A stretch of 64,000 nt of DNA from Hyalangium minutum (GCF_000737315.1 NZ_JMCB01000003.1:558001-622000); one strand, 5' to 3'. Shown: positions 38,779-48,778, numbered from the stretch's first letter. The notes: generated by a model not told the origin, from the letters alone. Translations and numbers: made by a program.

Positions 38779-39606
38779 CTACCGCTTGAGGCTCAGCCCC
38801 AGGCGGTAGACGTCCTGTCCGGACCAGCCCGCGCGGCGGGCAAGCTCGGTGCTCAGCGCCTTGAGCTTCTCGCCGCGCGCCAGTCCCTCCTCCAGCGCCC
38901 GCCGTAGCTCCTCCTCGGACCAGCGGCGCTCGCCGGTGCGCCCCTCCACCAGCACCACCACCTCGCCCCGAGGCTCCTCGGCCGCGTAGCGCGCCGCCAG
39001 CTCCGAGAGCGGCCCCCGGACGAACTCCTCGTGCATCTTGGTGAGCTCGCGCGCCACGCAAGCGCGGCGGTCTCCCCAGGCCTCCTGGAGGTCCGGCAGC
39101 GTCTCCGCCAGCCGACGCGGGGACTCGTAGAGCACAAGCGTGGCCGAGAGCTGCGCCACCTCCTCCAACATGACGCGGCGCTCGGGGCCCTTGCGCGGCA
39201 GGAAGCCCAAGAAGTGGAAGCGGCCCGTGGGCAGCCCGGAGGCACTCAGCGCCGCGACCAGGGCGGTAGCGCCGGGCACAGGGACCACCGTGAGGCCTCG
39301 TTCGAGGGCCTCGGCCACCAGCCTCTCGCCCGGATCGCTGATGCCGGGGCTGCCGGCGTCGGTGATGAGGGCACAGTCCTCGCCCCCGGCGATGCGGTCG
39401 AGGATGCGCCCGGCGCGTTGGCCCTCCGCGAAGGCGGGCAGGCTCACCGTCTCCGGGGCGAGCCCGAAGTGCTCCAAGAGCACGCGCGAGTGCCGCGTGT
39501 CCTCGCAAGCGACGAAGGCGACGCGCCGCAAGGTCTCCACGGCCCGGGAGGTGATGTCCCCCAGGTTCCCGATAGGCGTTGCGACCAGATAGAGCGTCCC
39601 AGCCAT
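38779..39606 (-). CDS. rsmI: 16S rRNA (cytidine1402-2'-O)-methyltransferase
   Basis: LYLVATPIGNLGDIT, ACEDTRHS, DAGSPGISDPG, YESPRR, RELTKMHEE. Confidence 0.96.
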   Translation of the reverse strand: MAGTLYLVATPIGNLGDITSRAVETLRRVAFVACEDTRHSRVLLEHFGLAPETVSLPAFAEGQRAGRILDRIAGGEDCALITDAGSPGISDPGERLVAEALERGLTVVPVPGATALVAALSASGLPTGRFHFLGFLPRKGPERRVMLEEVAQLSATLVLYESPRRLAETLPDLQEAWGDRRACVARELTKMHEEFVRGPLSELAARYAAEEPRGEVVVLVEGRTGERRWSEEELRRALEEGLARGEKLKALSTELARRAGWSGQDVYRLGLSLKR

Positions 39607-39609
39607 GCG

Positions 39610-39987
39610 TCACATCCCCGCGTCGAAGGCGTTCGGAAGGTGCTCCACGGTGGCCTTCTCGCCGTGGCCCACCACCGAGACAACATCGAAGCGCATCATC
39701 CTCTCGCGCAGGTCATAGGCGAAGAGATAGTGCAGCGCGGCTTTCACCACGCGACGCTGCTTCGCAAAAGACACCGTGTGCGACGGGTCTCCCCACACGG
39801 CCGTGGAGCGCATCCGGACCTCCACGAAGCAGACGGTGTTCCCGTGCTCAGCCACGATGTCCAGCTCGCCATAGCGGCACCGGAAGTTGCGCGCCCGGAT
39901 GCGGTAGCCCCGCTCCTCCAAGAAGCGGACCGCCGCTGCCTCCGCCGCGTTGCCATACCCCTGCCTATCCACCGCCGCCCGTCCCAT
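39610..39987 (-). CDS. yraN: YraN family protein
   Basis: RNFRCRYGELDIVA...FVEVR...RFDVV. Confidence 0.93.
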   Translation of the reverse strand: MGRAAVDRQGYGNAAEAAAVRFLEERGYRIRARNFRCRYGELDIVAEHGNTVCFVEVRMRSTAVWGDPSHTVSFAKQRRVVKAALHYLFAYDLRERMMRFDVVSVVGHGEKATVEHLPNAFDAGM

Positions 39988-40135
39988 CCCTTCCCTCCTC
40001 CTTCACGCCCTTACTGGCGGTCCGTCACCTAGCACCGGGCTCCGACACACTCTCCGAGAGAGCTCGGCGCAAGGGGACCGGCCACTACTGCCACGGCCTC
40101 CAGGTCAGCGGCTCCGCCATGGCAGCTCCTCCTTG

Positions 40136-41548
40136 TCAGCACTCGGGCAGACCGACGCTCAGATCCGACACTTCGAGCACGTTGACCGCGAGTCCTCCGC
40201 GAGCGGTCTCCTTGTACTTGTCCTTCATGTCGCGGCCGGTGTCGCGCATGGTCTTGATGACCTTGTCCAAGCTCACGAAGTGCGTGCCATCTCCGGACAG
40301 CGACATGCGCGCGGCGTTGATGGCCTTCACCGAGGCCATGGCATTGCGCTCGATGCACGGCACCTGCACCAGCCCGCCGATGGGATCACACGTCAGGCCG
40401 AGGTTGTGCTCCATGGCGATCTCCGCCGCGTTCTCCACGTGGAGCGGCGTGCCCCCGAGCACCTCCGTCAGCGCCCCCGCGGCCATGGAGCAGGCGCTGC
40501 CCACCTCGCCCTGGCAGCCCACCTCCGCGCCGCTGATGGACGCGTTCTCCTTATAGAGCACCCCGATCGCCCCCGCCGTGAGCAGGAAGCGCACCACGCC
40601 GTCCTCGTCCGCGCCGGGCACGAAGCGCCAGTAGTAGTGCAGCAGCGCCGGGATGATGCCTGCGGCTCCGTTCGTCGGGGCCGTCACGACCCGCCCGCCC
40701 GCAGCGTTCTCCTCGTTCACCGCGAGGGCGTAGAGGTTGACCCAGTCCAGCACCGTGAGCGGGTTGGTGAGCCCCGCCTCGGGCCGGCTGAGGAGGCGCT
40801 GGTAGAGCTTGGCGGCACGGCGCTCCACCTTGAGGCCTCCAGGAAGGATGCCGGAGGAGGTGCAGCCGCGCTTCACGCACTCCTGCATGACCTCCCAGAT
40901 GCGCAGCAGGCCCGAGCGGATCTCTGCCTCGGTGCGCCAGGCCTTCTCGTTCTCCAGCATGAGGGAGCTGATGGGCAGGCGCTCGCGGTTGCAGTGCGCG
41001 AGCAGCTCGGCAGCCGAGCGGAACGGGAAGCGCAGGGGCGTCTCGTCCGGGCGAACGGGGGACTCGCCCTGCGCGGCGGACTCGTTCACCACGAAGCCTC
41101 CGCCCACCGAGTAGTAGACACGCACGCACAGCTCCGTGCCGTCGCTGTCCCAGGCGGAGAAGCGCATGCCATTGGGGTGGAACGGCAGCGCGCGGCGGCG
41201 GTGCATGACGAGCTGCTCGGCCTCGCGGAAGGGCACCTCGCGCTGGCCCAGCACCGCGACGCGGCCCTCGGAGTGCCAGCGGAAGATGCGCGCGGGGATG
41301 CCCTCCACGTCGACGCCCTCCGGCGTCTCTCCCATCAGGCCCAGGAGCACGGCCTTGTCGCTCCCGTGGCCCTTTCCGGTGGCGCCCAGGGAGCCAAACA
41401 GCTCGACCTTCAGGCGAGCCAGCCGCTCGAGCTTGCCCTCGTCGCGCAGTTGGAGCGCGAACATGCGCGCGGCGCGCATGGGCCCAACGGTGTGCGAGCT
41501 GGAGGGACCGATACCAATCTTGAAGAGGTCGAAGACGCTGACGGCCAT
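40136..41548 (-). CDS. sdaA: L-serine ammonia-lyase (Fe-S dependent, single chain)
   Basis: [27 protein letters not shown]; [12 protein letters not shown]; [19 protein letters not shown]. Confidence 0.96.
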   Translation of the reverse strand: MAVSVFDLFKIGIGPSSSHTVGPMRAARMFALQLRDEGKLERLARLKVELFGSLGATGKGHGSDKAVLLGLMGETPEGVDVEGIPARIFRWHSEGRVAVLGQREVPFREAEQLVMHRRRALPFHPNGMRFSAWDSDGTELCVRVYYSVGGGFVVNESAAQGESPVRPDETPLRFPFRSAAELLAHCNRERLPISSLMLENEKAWRTEAEIRSGLLRIWEVMQECVKRGCTSSGILPGGLKVERRAAKLYQRLLSRPEAGLTNPLTVLDWVNLYALAVNEENAAGGRVVTAPTNGAAGIIPALLHYYWRFVPGADEDGVVRFLLTAGAIGVLYKENASISGAEVGCQGEVGSACSMAAGALTEVLGGTPLHVENAAEIAMEHNLGLTCDPIGGLVQVPCIERNAMASVKAINAARMSLSGDGTHFVSLDKVIKTMRDTGRDMKDKYKETARGGLAVNVLEVSDLSVGLPEC

Positions 41549-41791
41549 GGGGATTTCAACATCGCACCTCCGCTGTCCTTCTTCATCGCCTGTCTGCTCT
41601 CCTGCCCCCATACAGAGCGTGTAGGCGCCCCTTCACCCGCCATCAGGAGCACCGAGTGCGGTATGGTGCCCGGAGTTCCGGTGTTACGAAGGACTGCGGC
41701 GCCGAGCGGCGGACGGCTGTGAGGGAATCCTCCCTCGCGGATCCCCGGCTCTAGTGGTGGCGGCGTGGGTTGGCGTGAGAGCGGGTGAGCG

Positions 41792-42883
41792 TTGTCGCAA
41801 GCATCGAAGGTGAAGTTCCTGGAGGCAGGGCGCTTCCATCAGGATCTCAAGACACGGGTCGAACAGTACTTGAAGGACCGCGGGCGCTCCCCGCGCGATC
41901 TGCCAGGCATGTATGCCAAGACGGCGCTCATCCTCGGCTGGTTCGTCTCCTCCTATTTATGGCTCGTCTTCGGAGCGGCCTCGCCCTGGGGCGTGGCCGT
42001 AGGGTGCGTGTCGCTGGGACTGGCCATGGCCGGGATCGGCTTCAGCATCCAGCATGATGCGAACCACGGCAGCTACTCGGAGCGGAAGGGCGTCAACCGG
42101 CTGCTCGCGTGGACCCTGGATGCCGTGGGCGGCTCCTCCTACGTGTGGAGCTGGAAGCACAACATCTTCCACCACAGCCACCCGAACGTGGCCGGGCTCG
42201 ATGAGGACATCGACATCCAGCCCCTGTGCCGGCTGGCGCCCAGTCAGAAGTCGCACGCGCCGCACCGCTTCCAGCACGCCTATATCTGGGTGCTCTACGG
42301 GCTGCTGCCGCTGAAGTGGCACTTCATCGATGACTTCAAGGATCTGCTCACGGGGCGGGTTGGACGGCAGAAGATGCCGCGCCCCAGCGGGTGGAAGCTG
42401 ACCGGGGTGCTGGGTGGGAAGCTGCTGTTCTACGGCTGGGCGCTCGTGGTGCCCGCGCTCTTCCATCCCCTGTGGCAGGTGGCGGTGGGCTACCTGCTGA
42501 CCGCGTTCGTGCTCGGGCTGACGCTGTCGACGGTGTTCCAGCTCGCGCACTGCGTGAAAGAGGCCGAGTTCACCGAGCTGCCGGAGGCCTCACACACCTT
42601 CCCGCGCGACTGGGCGGCGCACCAGGTGGAGACGACGGTCGACTTCGCCCGGGGCAACCCGGTGGTGAGCTGGTACCTCGGGGGGCTGAACTTCCAGGTG
42701 GAGCACCACCTGTTCCCGCGCGTGTGCCACCTGCACTACCCAGCGCTCTCGCGCATCGTCGAGGAAACCTGTCGGGAGCATGGGGTACGCTACCGTGCCA
42801 ATGTGAGCGTGGGCGCGGCACTGAAGAGCCACGTGAGCTGGCTCAAGCAAATGGGCCGTCCGGCCCTCGGAGTGCAGTCATGA
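41792..42883 (+). CDS. Membrane fatty acid (acyl-CoA/lipid) desaturase
   Basis: Three His boxes HDANH, HNIFHHSH and QVEHHLFP; TM helices; TTG start. Confidence 0.92.
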   Translation: MSQASKVKFLEAGRFHQDLKTRVEQYLKDRGRSPRDLPGMYAKTALILGWFVSSYLWLVFGAASPWGVAVGCVSLGLAMAGIGFSIQHDANHGSYSERKGVNRLLAWTLDAVGGSSYVWSWKHNIFHHSHPNVAGLDEDIDIQPLCRLAPSQKSHAPHRFQHAYIWVLYGLLPLKWHFIDDFKDLLTGRVGRQKMPRPSGWKLTGVLGGKLLFYGWALVVPALFHPLWQVAVGYLLTAFVLGLTLSTVFQLAHCVKEAEFTELPEASHTFPRDWAAHQVETTVDFARGNPVVSWYLGGLNFQVEHHLFPRVCHLHYPALSRIVEETCREHGVRYRANVSVGAALKSHVSWLKQMGRPALGVQS

Positions 42884-43257
42884 ATGACGAGAAGGCAGAG
42901 AAGGTCCGCTTCGGACGCGCACAGAAGTTTCGGCTCTCGCCGAAGGGTACCGAGGCCGCGCAGGCTTATACGGCCATGATCGAGGCCGCCAAGGAGGGCA
43001 ACGGCCGCGCCCAGTTCGATGCGGCGCGCGCCGCGTGGGGTGCGCCCCTGGGGTTGAGCTCCGAGGATGGGCTCTTCCTGGTGGAGTTCGGAGAGAGTGC
43101 CCGGACCATCCCGGAGGCAGCGCGCAACCTCGAGAGCTGCGGCACCACCGCGAAGGAGGTCAAAGCGGCCGTCGAGCGCTTGCTGACGTCCGGCATGCTA
43201 GAGCCCTTGCCCGCGGCTCCGCCTCCTCCGGCTCCGCCTCCGCGCCGTTACTGGTAA
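42880..43257 (+). CDS. Hypothetical protein (125 aa), translationally coupled to the desaturase
   Basis: ATGA overlap at 42880-42883; MNDEKAEKVRFGRAQKFRLSPKG...PPPPAPPPRRYW; host-like codon usage. Confidence 0.75.
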   Translation: MNDEKAEKVRFGRAQKFRLSPKGTEAAQAYTAMIEAAKEGNGRAQFDAARAAWGAPLGLSSEDGLFLVEFGESARTIPEAARNLESCGTTAKEVKAAVERLLTSGMLEPLPAAPPPPAPPPRRYW

Positions 43258-43284
43258 TCCGTGCGCGAGGCTGAGCGGCCCTAG

Positions 43285-43752
43285 CCCGGATCTGTCACAC
43301 GGAGGAGCGCGCCGGGCGGCTCGGCCTCAATCCTCGGAGTCTGGTTGCCGCGCTTGGCAAAAGGAAGCTCGGCAGCGTGCTGCAGGCATGACAGGAGCCT
43401 GCACCGGCCGGTGTTGGGACCCGTCGAGGTTGTCAAAGAGCAACAGGGCGTCAGGAGGGAGCTGGGACTTCGCAGAGCTGTTGCGCGACGCGCGCGAACA
43501 AATCCTGCACTGGGGCCGCCGCGCTGAGCGAGAGCACGACACGACGGACGCTGACGCGGACGATGGCGGCGACCTTGAGCAGCTTCAGCCGGAGGGTGCC
43601 CACTTGGGCCCGCTCCATCTCGGTGCCGCGCAGGCCGAAGTGGCGCAGCAGGTTGAGCAGCACGTACGCGGCGGAGGAAAACCAGAGGCGCAGCTGGTTG
43701 GCGCGCAGGGTGTGGCACTGGTCCTGTCGGCGAACAGGCCCAGCTGCTGCTG
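43285..43752 (-). mobile_element. IS1380-family remnant (3' end of transposase, frameshifted, with a possible terminal inverted repeat)
   Basis: QQQLGLFADRTSA, then a 1-nt deletion near 43714, then TLRANQLRLWFSSAAYVLLNLLR...LRLKLLKVAAIVRVSVRRV, which is the IS1380 DDE C-terminus. Candidate end CCCGGATCTGTCAC at 43285-43298, flanked by CTAG. Confidence 0.8.
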
Positions 43753-44010
43753 GTACTCAAAAGCAAAATGCTGAAGGCGTGTGTGGCGGATGCGGTCGGT
43801 GTCGAAGGCCACCTCCGGCATTTCGATGACAGCAATGCGATGGCTTGCAGCATCATTGGCGAAAAAGCCCGCGCGCACTTTCAAATCGGGTCCCTTGTCT
43901 CCAATCGGCCGATCCGAAAGATAGACAAGCCTCGCGCCGATCACTTTGCCATACCAGTCGGCCATGCGGTCGAGGTCGGCGGTGACAAGCCCAATATGGT
44001 TTCCTCCCAA
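43753..44010 (-). pseudogene. VOC (glyoxalase/extradiol dioxygenase) gene, 3'-truncated by the IS fragment
   Basis: NHIGLVTADLDRMADWYGKVIG...HRIAVIE...LQHFAFEY joins directly to the IS1380 sequence; the C-terminal beta-alpha-beta-beta-beta module is missing. Confidence 0.72.
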
Positions 44011-44012
44011 AG

Positions 44013-44462
44013 CTAGCCCCGCGCTCTGGGCGAGATGGGCGCACGTGTGAAGCGGCCCCAAGCGACGAATGCTGCGAGTGCTGCGGGCACGATGTTGAAG
44101 GCGATCACGTTCGCCTCGCCCCTCATGATGTGGAACGGCACCGCGAGCAGCATGATGATCGCCAGACCGACCGCGGCGATGGGCGTCAGCTTCGGAGCGA
44201 TACGGGTGGCTGACGGCAGCACGACCCCCAGTACACCGGCGAGCTCCGCGATGCCGATGAACCGCGCGAGGGCGACGGGAATCCCGAGGATCCACGGTGA
44301 GGTCTTCGCGGCCTCTTCGATCGGTTTGAGGCCGTGGTTGACGCCGGCCATGAGAAAGAACAGCGCGAGCAGGACTTGAACGACCCAGAGTGAGATGTGC
44401 AGCCCCCGGCTTGGGCGATGGGACGAAGCCGGGGGAGTAGCGGAGACAGAGGTGTTGGCCAT
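44013..44462 (-). CDS. DoxX family membrane protein
   Basis: LWVVQVLLALFFLMAG..., FIGIAELAGVLGVVLP, AVGLAIIMLLAVPFH. Confidence 0.88.
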   Translation of the reverse strand: MANTSVSATPPASSHRPSRGLHISLWVVQVLLALFFLMAGVNHGLKPIEEAAKTSPWILGIPVALARFIGIAELAGVLGVVLPSATRIAPKLTPIAAVGLAIIMLLAVPFHIMRGEANVIAFNIVPAALAAFVAWGRFTRAPISPRARG

Positions 44463-44495
44463 GACGGAATCCGGGTGAGGCAGGGGTACCAGTGA

Positions 44496-44963
44496 CTACA
44501 GCTTCACGCGTCGAAGCGCATCCTCGAGTGACCGCGGCGGGCGCCCCGCGAGCCGTTCGACGTCGCCGGTCGTCACATCGAAGCCGCAGGCCGACCACAT
44601 GTCCTGGATGCTCTGCCAGAGGTGCGGAGCATCGGCAGACCTCGTGCCGAGCGCCGATGTGAAGACCACATGCTCGACGCCCGCGTCGACAGCACGCTGG
44701 ATGGCGTTGTGCCCCTGCGTCGCGCGCACACCGGGGCGCATGTCGCTCGAAGGGATGATCAGCAGTCGATCGAGGCCAGCGAACGCCTTCGTGAGCGAGT
44801 CAGGATTATCGAAGTCGCCGAACCGCGCTTCGATGCCGAGCGCACTCACCTTGTCCGGCGAACGCGAGATGCCGACGAGCTGCGCTCCCGGCGCGCGTGA
44901 CTTGAGCGCCGCGGCCGTCGCTGCGCCGAGTTGCCCGCTTGCCCCACTGATTCCAATCTTCAT
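44496..44963 (-). pseudogene. NmrA/atypical SDR oxidoreductase with a probable large in-frame internal deletion
   Basis: N-terminal MKIGISGASGQLG...VVFTS joined near 44611 to the family C-terminus (GFDVTTGDVERLAGRPPRSL). Only 155 aa versus about 290 aa typical of the family. Confidence 0.68.
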
Positions 44964-45005
44964 GATGACTGCCTTTCTGTTGCTTTGCGCACTACCGGCG
45001 CGACC

Positions 45006-45144
45006 AAGGATCTTGTCGATGACCTCTTGCGGACTGCCGCCGACGAGTGCGCCCTGCGGCGAGAGCATCTGCTCGTAGGTGGCACGCGGCATCGGTCCGA
45101 GGATCGGCGACCAGATCGCCGAACGTATAGAGCCCGAGCTCCAT
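45006..45144 (-). pseudogene. LLM-class flavin-dependent oxidoreductase remnant
   Basis: N-terminus MELGLYTFGDLVADPRT fused out of frame to the C-terminal piece GPMPRATYEQMLSPQGALVGGSPQEVIDKIL; most of the gene is missing. Confidence 0.68.
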
Positions 45145-45232
45145 CCCGGGACCGATGTTCGCAACTTCCATGCGAGCAGTATTCGGCGCCCCAGGGCTCT
45201 CCACAATACGTAACTGTGTAATATACCAGTGC

Positions 45233-46117
45233 ATGCCTGCAACAATCGACATCACGCTCCTCGCGAGCTTCGTCGAGGTCGCCGATGCGTCCAGCTTCTC
45301 TGGCGCGGCCCGTGCCCTTGGGACGACCACCGCGACAGTGAGCCGCACCATCGCGAAGCTCGAAGCCTCCGTCGGCTCGAGGCTCTTTCACCGAACGACC
45401 CGCCGTGTCTCACTGACCACGGCGGGAAGAGCGCTCTACGAGCGAACCGCCGCGCATGTGCGTGCGCTGGCGCACGCCACGAAGGAACTGCCCGAACACC
45501 AAAGCGAGCCAGCCGGTACGCTGAAGCTCACGGCGCCGTACGACCTCGGCGCCATCTTCCTCGGCAGCGTGATCGCACGCTTCGTCGCGCTCTATCCGAA
45601 GGTGCAAGTGCAGGCGGAGTTCAGCAGCCGCGTGGTCGACCTCGCTGCCGAGGGATTCGATGTCGCAATCCGTGGCGACATCAGCAAGCACAAGGACCCG
45701 TCGCTCACGGCGCGACCGCTCGCCCAGCGAAGTGAGCTCAGTCTGTACGCGGCGCCGAGCTACCTCGCACGGCGCGGAAACCCTCGGGAGCTCGCGTCGC
45801 CCGGGCACGACTGGCTCGTGGCGGGCCCGCTACGTCGCGCGTTCGACTTCCCGGCAACGCTCACTCCAAAGGTCGTCGCGAACGATTTCCTCTTCCTGCG
45901 CGGCGTGGCCGCATCGGGAGGAGGAATCGCGATGTTACCTTCGTTTATCGCGCAGCCGTACGTGGCAAGCGGTGAGCTCGTGCGCGTCCTTCCCTCGGTG
46001 CGTGTGACCGTCGGCGGGCTCGTGCTCGTCTACTCGTCCACGCGGCCGCTCGCACGCAAAGTGGCGGCGTTTCGCGACTTCTTGGTGGAGGTCACCAAGA
46101 GGGAGTGGGTGGGCTGA
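45233..46117 (+). CDS. LysR family transcriptional regulator
   Basis: FVEVADASSFSGAARALGTTTATVSRTIAKLEASVGSRLFHRTTRRVSLTTAG; codon usage differs from the host. Confidence 0.94.
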   Translation: MPATIDITLLASFVEVADASSFSGAARALGTTTATVSRTIAKLEASVGSRLFHRTTRRVSLTTAGRALYERTAAHVRALAHATKELPEHQSEPAGTLKLTAPYDLGAIFLGSVIARFVALYPKVQVQAEFSSRVVDLAAEGFDVAIRGDISKHKDPSLTARPLAQRSELSLYAAPSYLARRGNPRELASPGHDWLVAGPLRRAFDFPATLTPKVVANDFLFLRGVAASGGGIAMLPSFIAQPYVASGELVRVLPSVRVTVGGLVLVYSSTRPLARKVAAFRDFLVEVTKREWVG

Positions 46118-46128
46118 GTGACCCGCGC

Positions 46129-47124
46129 TTACGGGGAGAAGCTTCGCCGGAGGATCTCCGTGAGGGGCACGCGGCAGGCGCGCAGCAGGGCCAGGAGCGT
46201 CGTCGCAGCCCACGGCGAGGGCGTCACGAAGTACCGCTGCGGCGTCAGCCCCGGGAAGGCCTCCTTCAGCTCGCGGAGCCGGGTGAGGTAGCCGATACCC
46301 GCCAGCCGGCGCTCCATCCACTTCACCTGGCGCGCCAGCACGGGCGAGCAGCCCTCGGTCTCCACCCCTACCAGCGGGCAGAACCCGAGCGAGAGCTGGC
46401 GCACCCCCTCCCCTCGCAGGCGCTCGGCCAACCTCGCGACGGCCGAGTAGTACACGCCCCACAGCCGGGTCCGCTCGAAGCGGATGAGGTTCAGGAGGTA
46501 GCCCTGGACGCGACCTCCGTCGAAGTACGGATCGAGCACCGCGTAGCCGAACACCTCAGCGTCCGCGCCCTGCCGCAGCACGAACATCCGCGCCAGCCCG
46601 TCGTCCTCGAACCCGAGCGGGCGGTTGAGGAAGTGCATCTCCACGGGGACCGCGCTCCGGCCCAGGTAGCTCCGGGTGATGGCGTCGAGGCGGGCCCGCT
46701 CCTCCTGCCCCAGCGCAGAGGGACGGACCTCGGCCACCTCGAAGCTGCCGCGCGTGGCCTTCTTGAGCGCTCCCCGCACCCGGGGGTGAACCTCAGCCGC
46801 GGGCGCATCGAGCTCCAGGATCTTGTCCATGCCCATGCCGCTGGTGCGGAAGCGGGGGCCGCCGAGCTCGGAGACGAGCGCCGCGACCTCCCTCGGCACG
46901 TAGAAGAAGAGCGGGTTCTTGCTGCTGCGGAGGAACCGCTGGATCAGCTCCACCCGATCGGCGCGGGCACAGACGGGAGGCCCCAGCGTGAGCTCGAAGC
47001 CGAAGGCGCGCTGGAAGGCGACATAGCCGAACGAGGTCTCGAAATAGGAGAGCCCCGGCTGCAGCGTCGAATAGGAGATCGGATCCGAGCCATGGGCTCG
47101 TACCAGCTCGTGCCTCACGCGCAC
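46129..47124 (-). CDS. Stand-alone DUF2156 / aaPGS-synthase-domain (aminoacyl-tRNA-dependent transferase-like) protein
   Basis: HGSDPISYSTLQPGLSYFE...GYVAF...LGPPVC, MHFLNRP, YLLNLIRF, QLSLGFCPL resemble the MprF C-terminal GNAT-like domain; no TM flippase domain. Confidence 0.65.
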   Translation of the reverse strand: MRVRHELVRAHGSDPISYSTLQPGLSYFETSFGYVAFQRAFGFELTLGPPVCARADRVELIQRFLRSSKNPLFFYVPREVAALVSELGGPRFRTSGMGMDKILELDAPAAEVHPRVRGALKKATRGSFEVAEVRPSALGQEERARLDAITRSYLGRSAVPVEMHFLNRPLGFEDDGLARMFVLRQGADAEVFGYAVLDPYFDGGRVQGYLLNLIRFERTRLWGVYYSAVARLAERLRGEGVRQLSLGFCPLVGVETEGCSPVLARQVKWMERRLAGIGYLTRLRELKEAFPGLTPQRYFVTPSPWAATTLLALLRACRVPLTEILRRSFSP

Positions 47125-47185
47125 AGGTTACGGTATTTTGAGGGTTCGCCGCCCGCGACTCCGCCGGGCGTCTCGGGGAGGGCCG

Positions 47186-48778
47186 GTGAAGAGACTCAAG
47201 GTCGGCGTCGTGGAGCTGCTGGCACACTCGGTCACCACCCCATTCTTGAGGCGCCGCGTCATCGCGCCGGAGACGGCCTCGGTGATGCCTCAGGCGGTGG
47301 CCGTCTGGGCGGAGGAGCTTGGGTGCGAGGTGCACTATGCCGTCTGGACCGCGGAGGAGGATCTCCGCCGCCTGCTGCCCGACGGGCTGGACCTGGTGTT
47401 CATCTCCGCGTTCACCCGGGCCTCGTTCGTGGCCTACGCGCTCTCCCGGCATCTGCGCTCGGGCGGCGCGGTGACGGTGCTGGGCGGCCCCCACGCGCAG
47501 TCCTTCGCCGAGCACGCACGCGATTATTTCGACTACATCTGCCAGACAACGGACCGAGCGCTGATCGCGGATCTGCTCCAAGCACCCGAGCGGCAGGAAC
47601 GAGGCCTCGTGCTCTGCGCGGATGAGGGGCCCTCTTCCCTACCCGGCGTTGCTCAGCGCGCGCGCTTCATCGATCACTGCCTCCAGAAAGGCACCAGGGT
47701 GCTGCGGCTGGTGCCGATGCTCGGAAGCCTTGGGTGCCCGTACACGTGCAGCTTCTGTGTCGACGCTCCCGTGCGGTGGCGGGGCCTGCCAGTGGACCCG
47801 ATCATCGAAGACCTGCGCCACATCGAGCGCCGCTGGGGCGAGGACACGCTTGTCGGGTGGCACGATCCGAACTTCGGGGTGCGGTTCGACGAGTACCTGG
47901 GCGCCATCGAGGATTCGGGCACGCACCTGGTGCACTGCGCACACATGAGCCTGTCCCTGATGAGCGCGCAGAACGCGCGGCGGCTCGGACGGGCGCGGTT
48001 CGGGCTCCTGGCGCCGGGGGTCGAGTCCTGGTTCGACTTCTCCGACAAGTCCGGGCGGGCGCGAGTCGTGGGAGAGGCCAAGGTCCTGCACGTCGCCGAG
48101 ACCCTGAACGTCATCCAGGCCGAGGTGCAGCACATCCAGACGAACATGATCGTGGGGCTGGACACCGATCAGGGCGAGCTGCCCTGGGAGCTGACCCAGC
48201 GGCTCGCGGAGCTCTCGCCGGGCATCTACCCGACCTACTTCCTGGCGACGAACTTCTACAACGCGCCCTTGAGCCGGGAGCTGCACGCCTCGGGACGGAC
48301 GATGGCCATGCCGTTCTCGCTGCTGGACACCAACTGCTTCGGCAACGTGCGGCCCCTGCACTACTCGCCGGTGGAGCTCTACGATCGCCTCATCGAGCTC
48401 TACGCATTCGCCTACTCGTGGAAGGCCGTGCTCCGCCGCACGCGCGTGACACCCGGCGGCTGGGGAAAGCTGGTGAACTTCGGCCGCAGCGTCGACGAAG
48501 GCCGAGGCTTTATTGCCTTCCACCGGAGCCTTCGCGCCCGCCTCGAGAGCGACCGGGAGCTGCGCGCGTTCTACGAAGGCGAACGCGTGGCACCCCCCAC
48601 CTCCTTCATGGACGAGGTGAAGGCGCAGCTCGGCCCGTACCAGGAGCTGCTGCCCGCAGAGCTCCTCTCGCCCGAGCGCTACGCCGAGTCATTCCGAGCC
48701 GCCGCCGAGGCCGCCGTGCGCACGATCCGCGCCCCCGCCGCGGGTTCAGTCCCCAAGGAACGCGCGGCAGCATCCTGA
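47186..48778 (+). CDS. Cobalamin-dependent radical SAM protein
   Basis: B12-binding domain (DLVFISAFT...VTVLGGPHA) followed by SLGCPYTCSFC, DPNFG and GVES; GTG start after GGGGAGGG. Confidence 0.88.
   Translation: MKRLKVGVVELLAHSVTTPFLRRRVIAPETASVMPQAVAVWAEELGCEVHYAVWTAEEDLRRLLPDGLDLVFISAFTRASFVAYALSRHLRSGGAVTVLGGPHAQSFAEHARDYFDYICQTTDRALIADLLQAPERQERGLVLCADEGPSSLPGVAQRARFIDHCLQKGTRVLRLVPMLGSLGCPYTCSFCVDAPVRWRGLPVDPIIEDLRHIERRWGEDTLVGWHDPNFGVRFDEYLGAIEDSGTHLVHCAHMSLSLMSAQNARRLGRARFGLLAPGVESWFDFSDKSGRARVVGEAKVLHVAETLNVIQAEVQHIQTNMIVGLDTDQGELPWELTQRLAELSPGIYPTYFLATNFYNAPLSRELHASGRTMAMPFSLLDTNCFGNVRPLHYSPVELYDRLIELYAFAYSWKAVLRRTRVTPGGWGKLVNFGRSVDEGRGFIAFHRSLRARLESDRELRAFYEGERVAPPTSFMDEVKAQLGPYQELLPAELLSPERYAESFRAAAEAAVRTIRAPAAGSVPKERAAAS

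Noticed and set aside
43585-44598. 337-aa ORF as a real gene
   Set aside because: It is an accidental read-through made of an off-frame stretch over DoxX, the VOC fragment and the IS1380 fragment.
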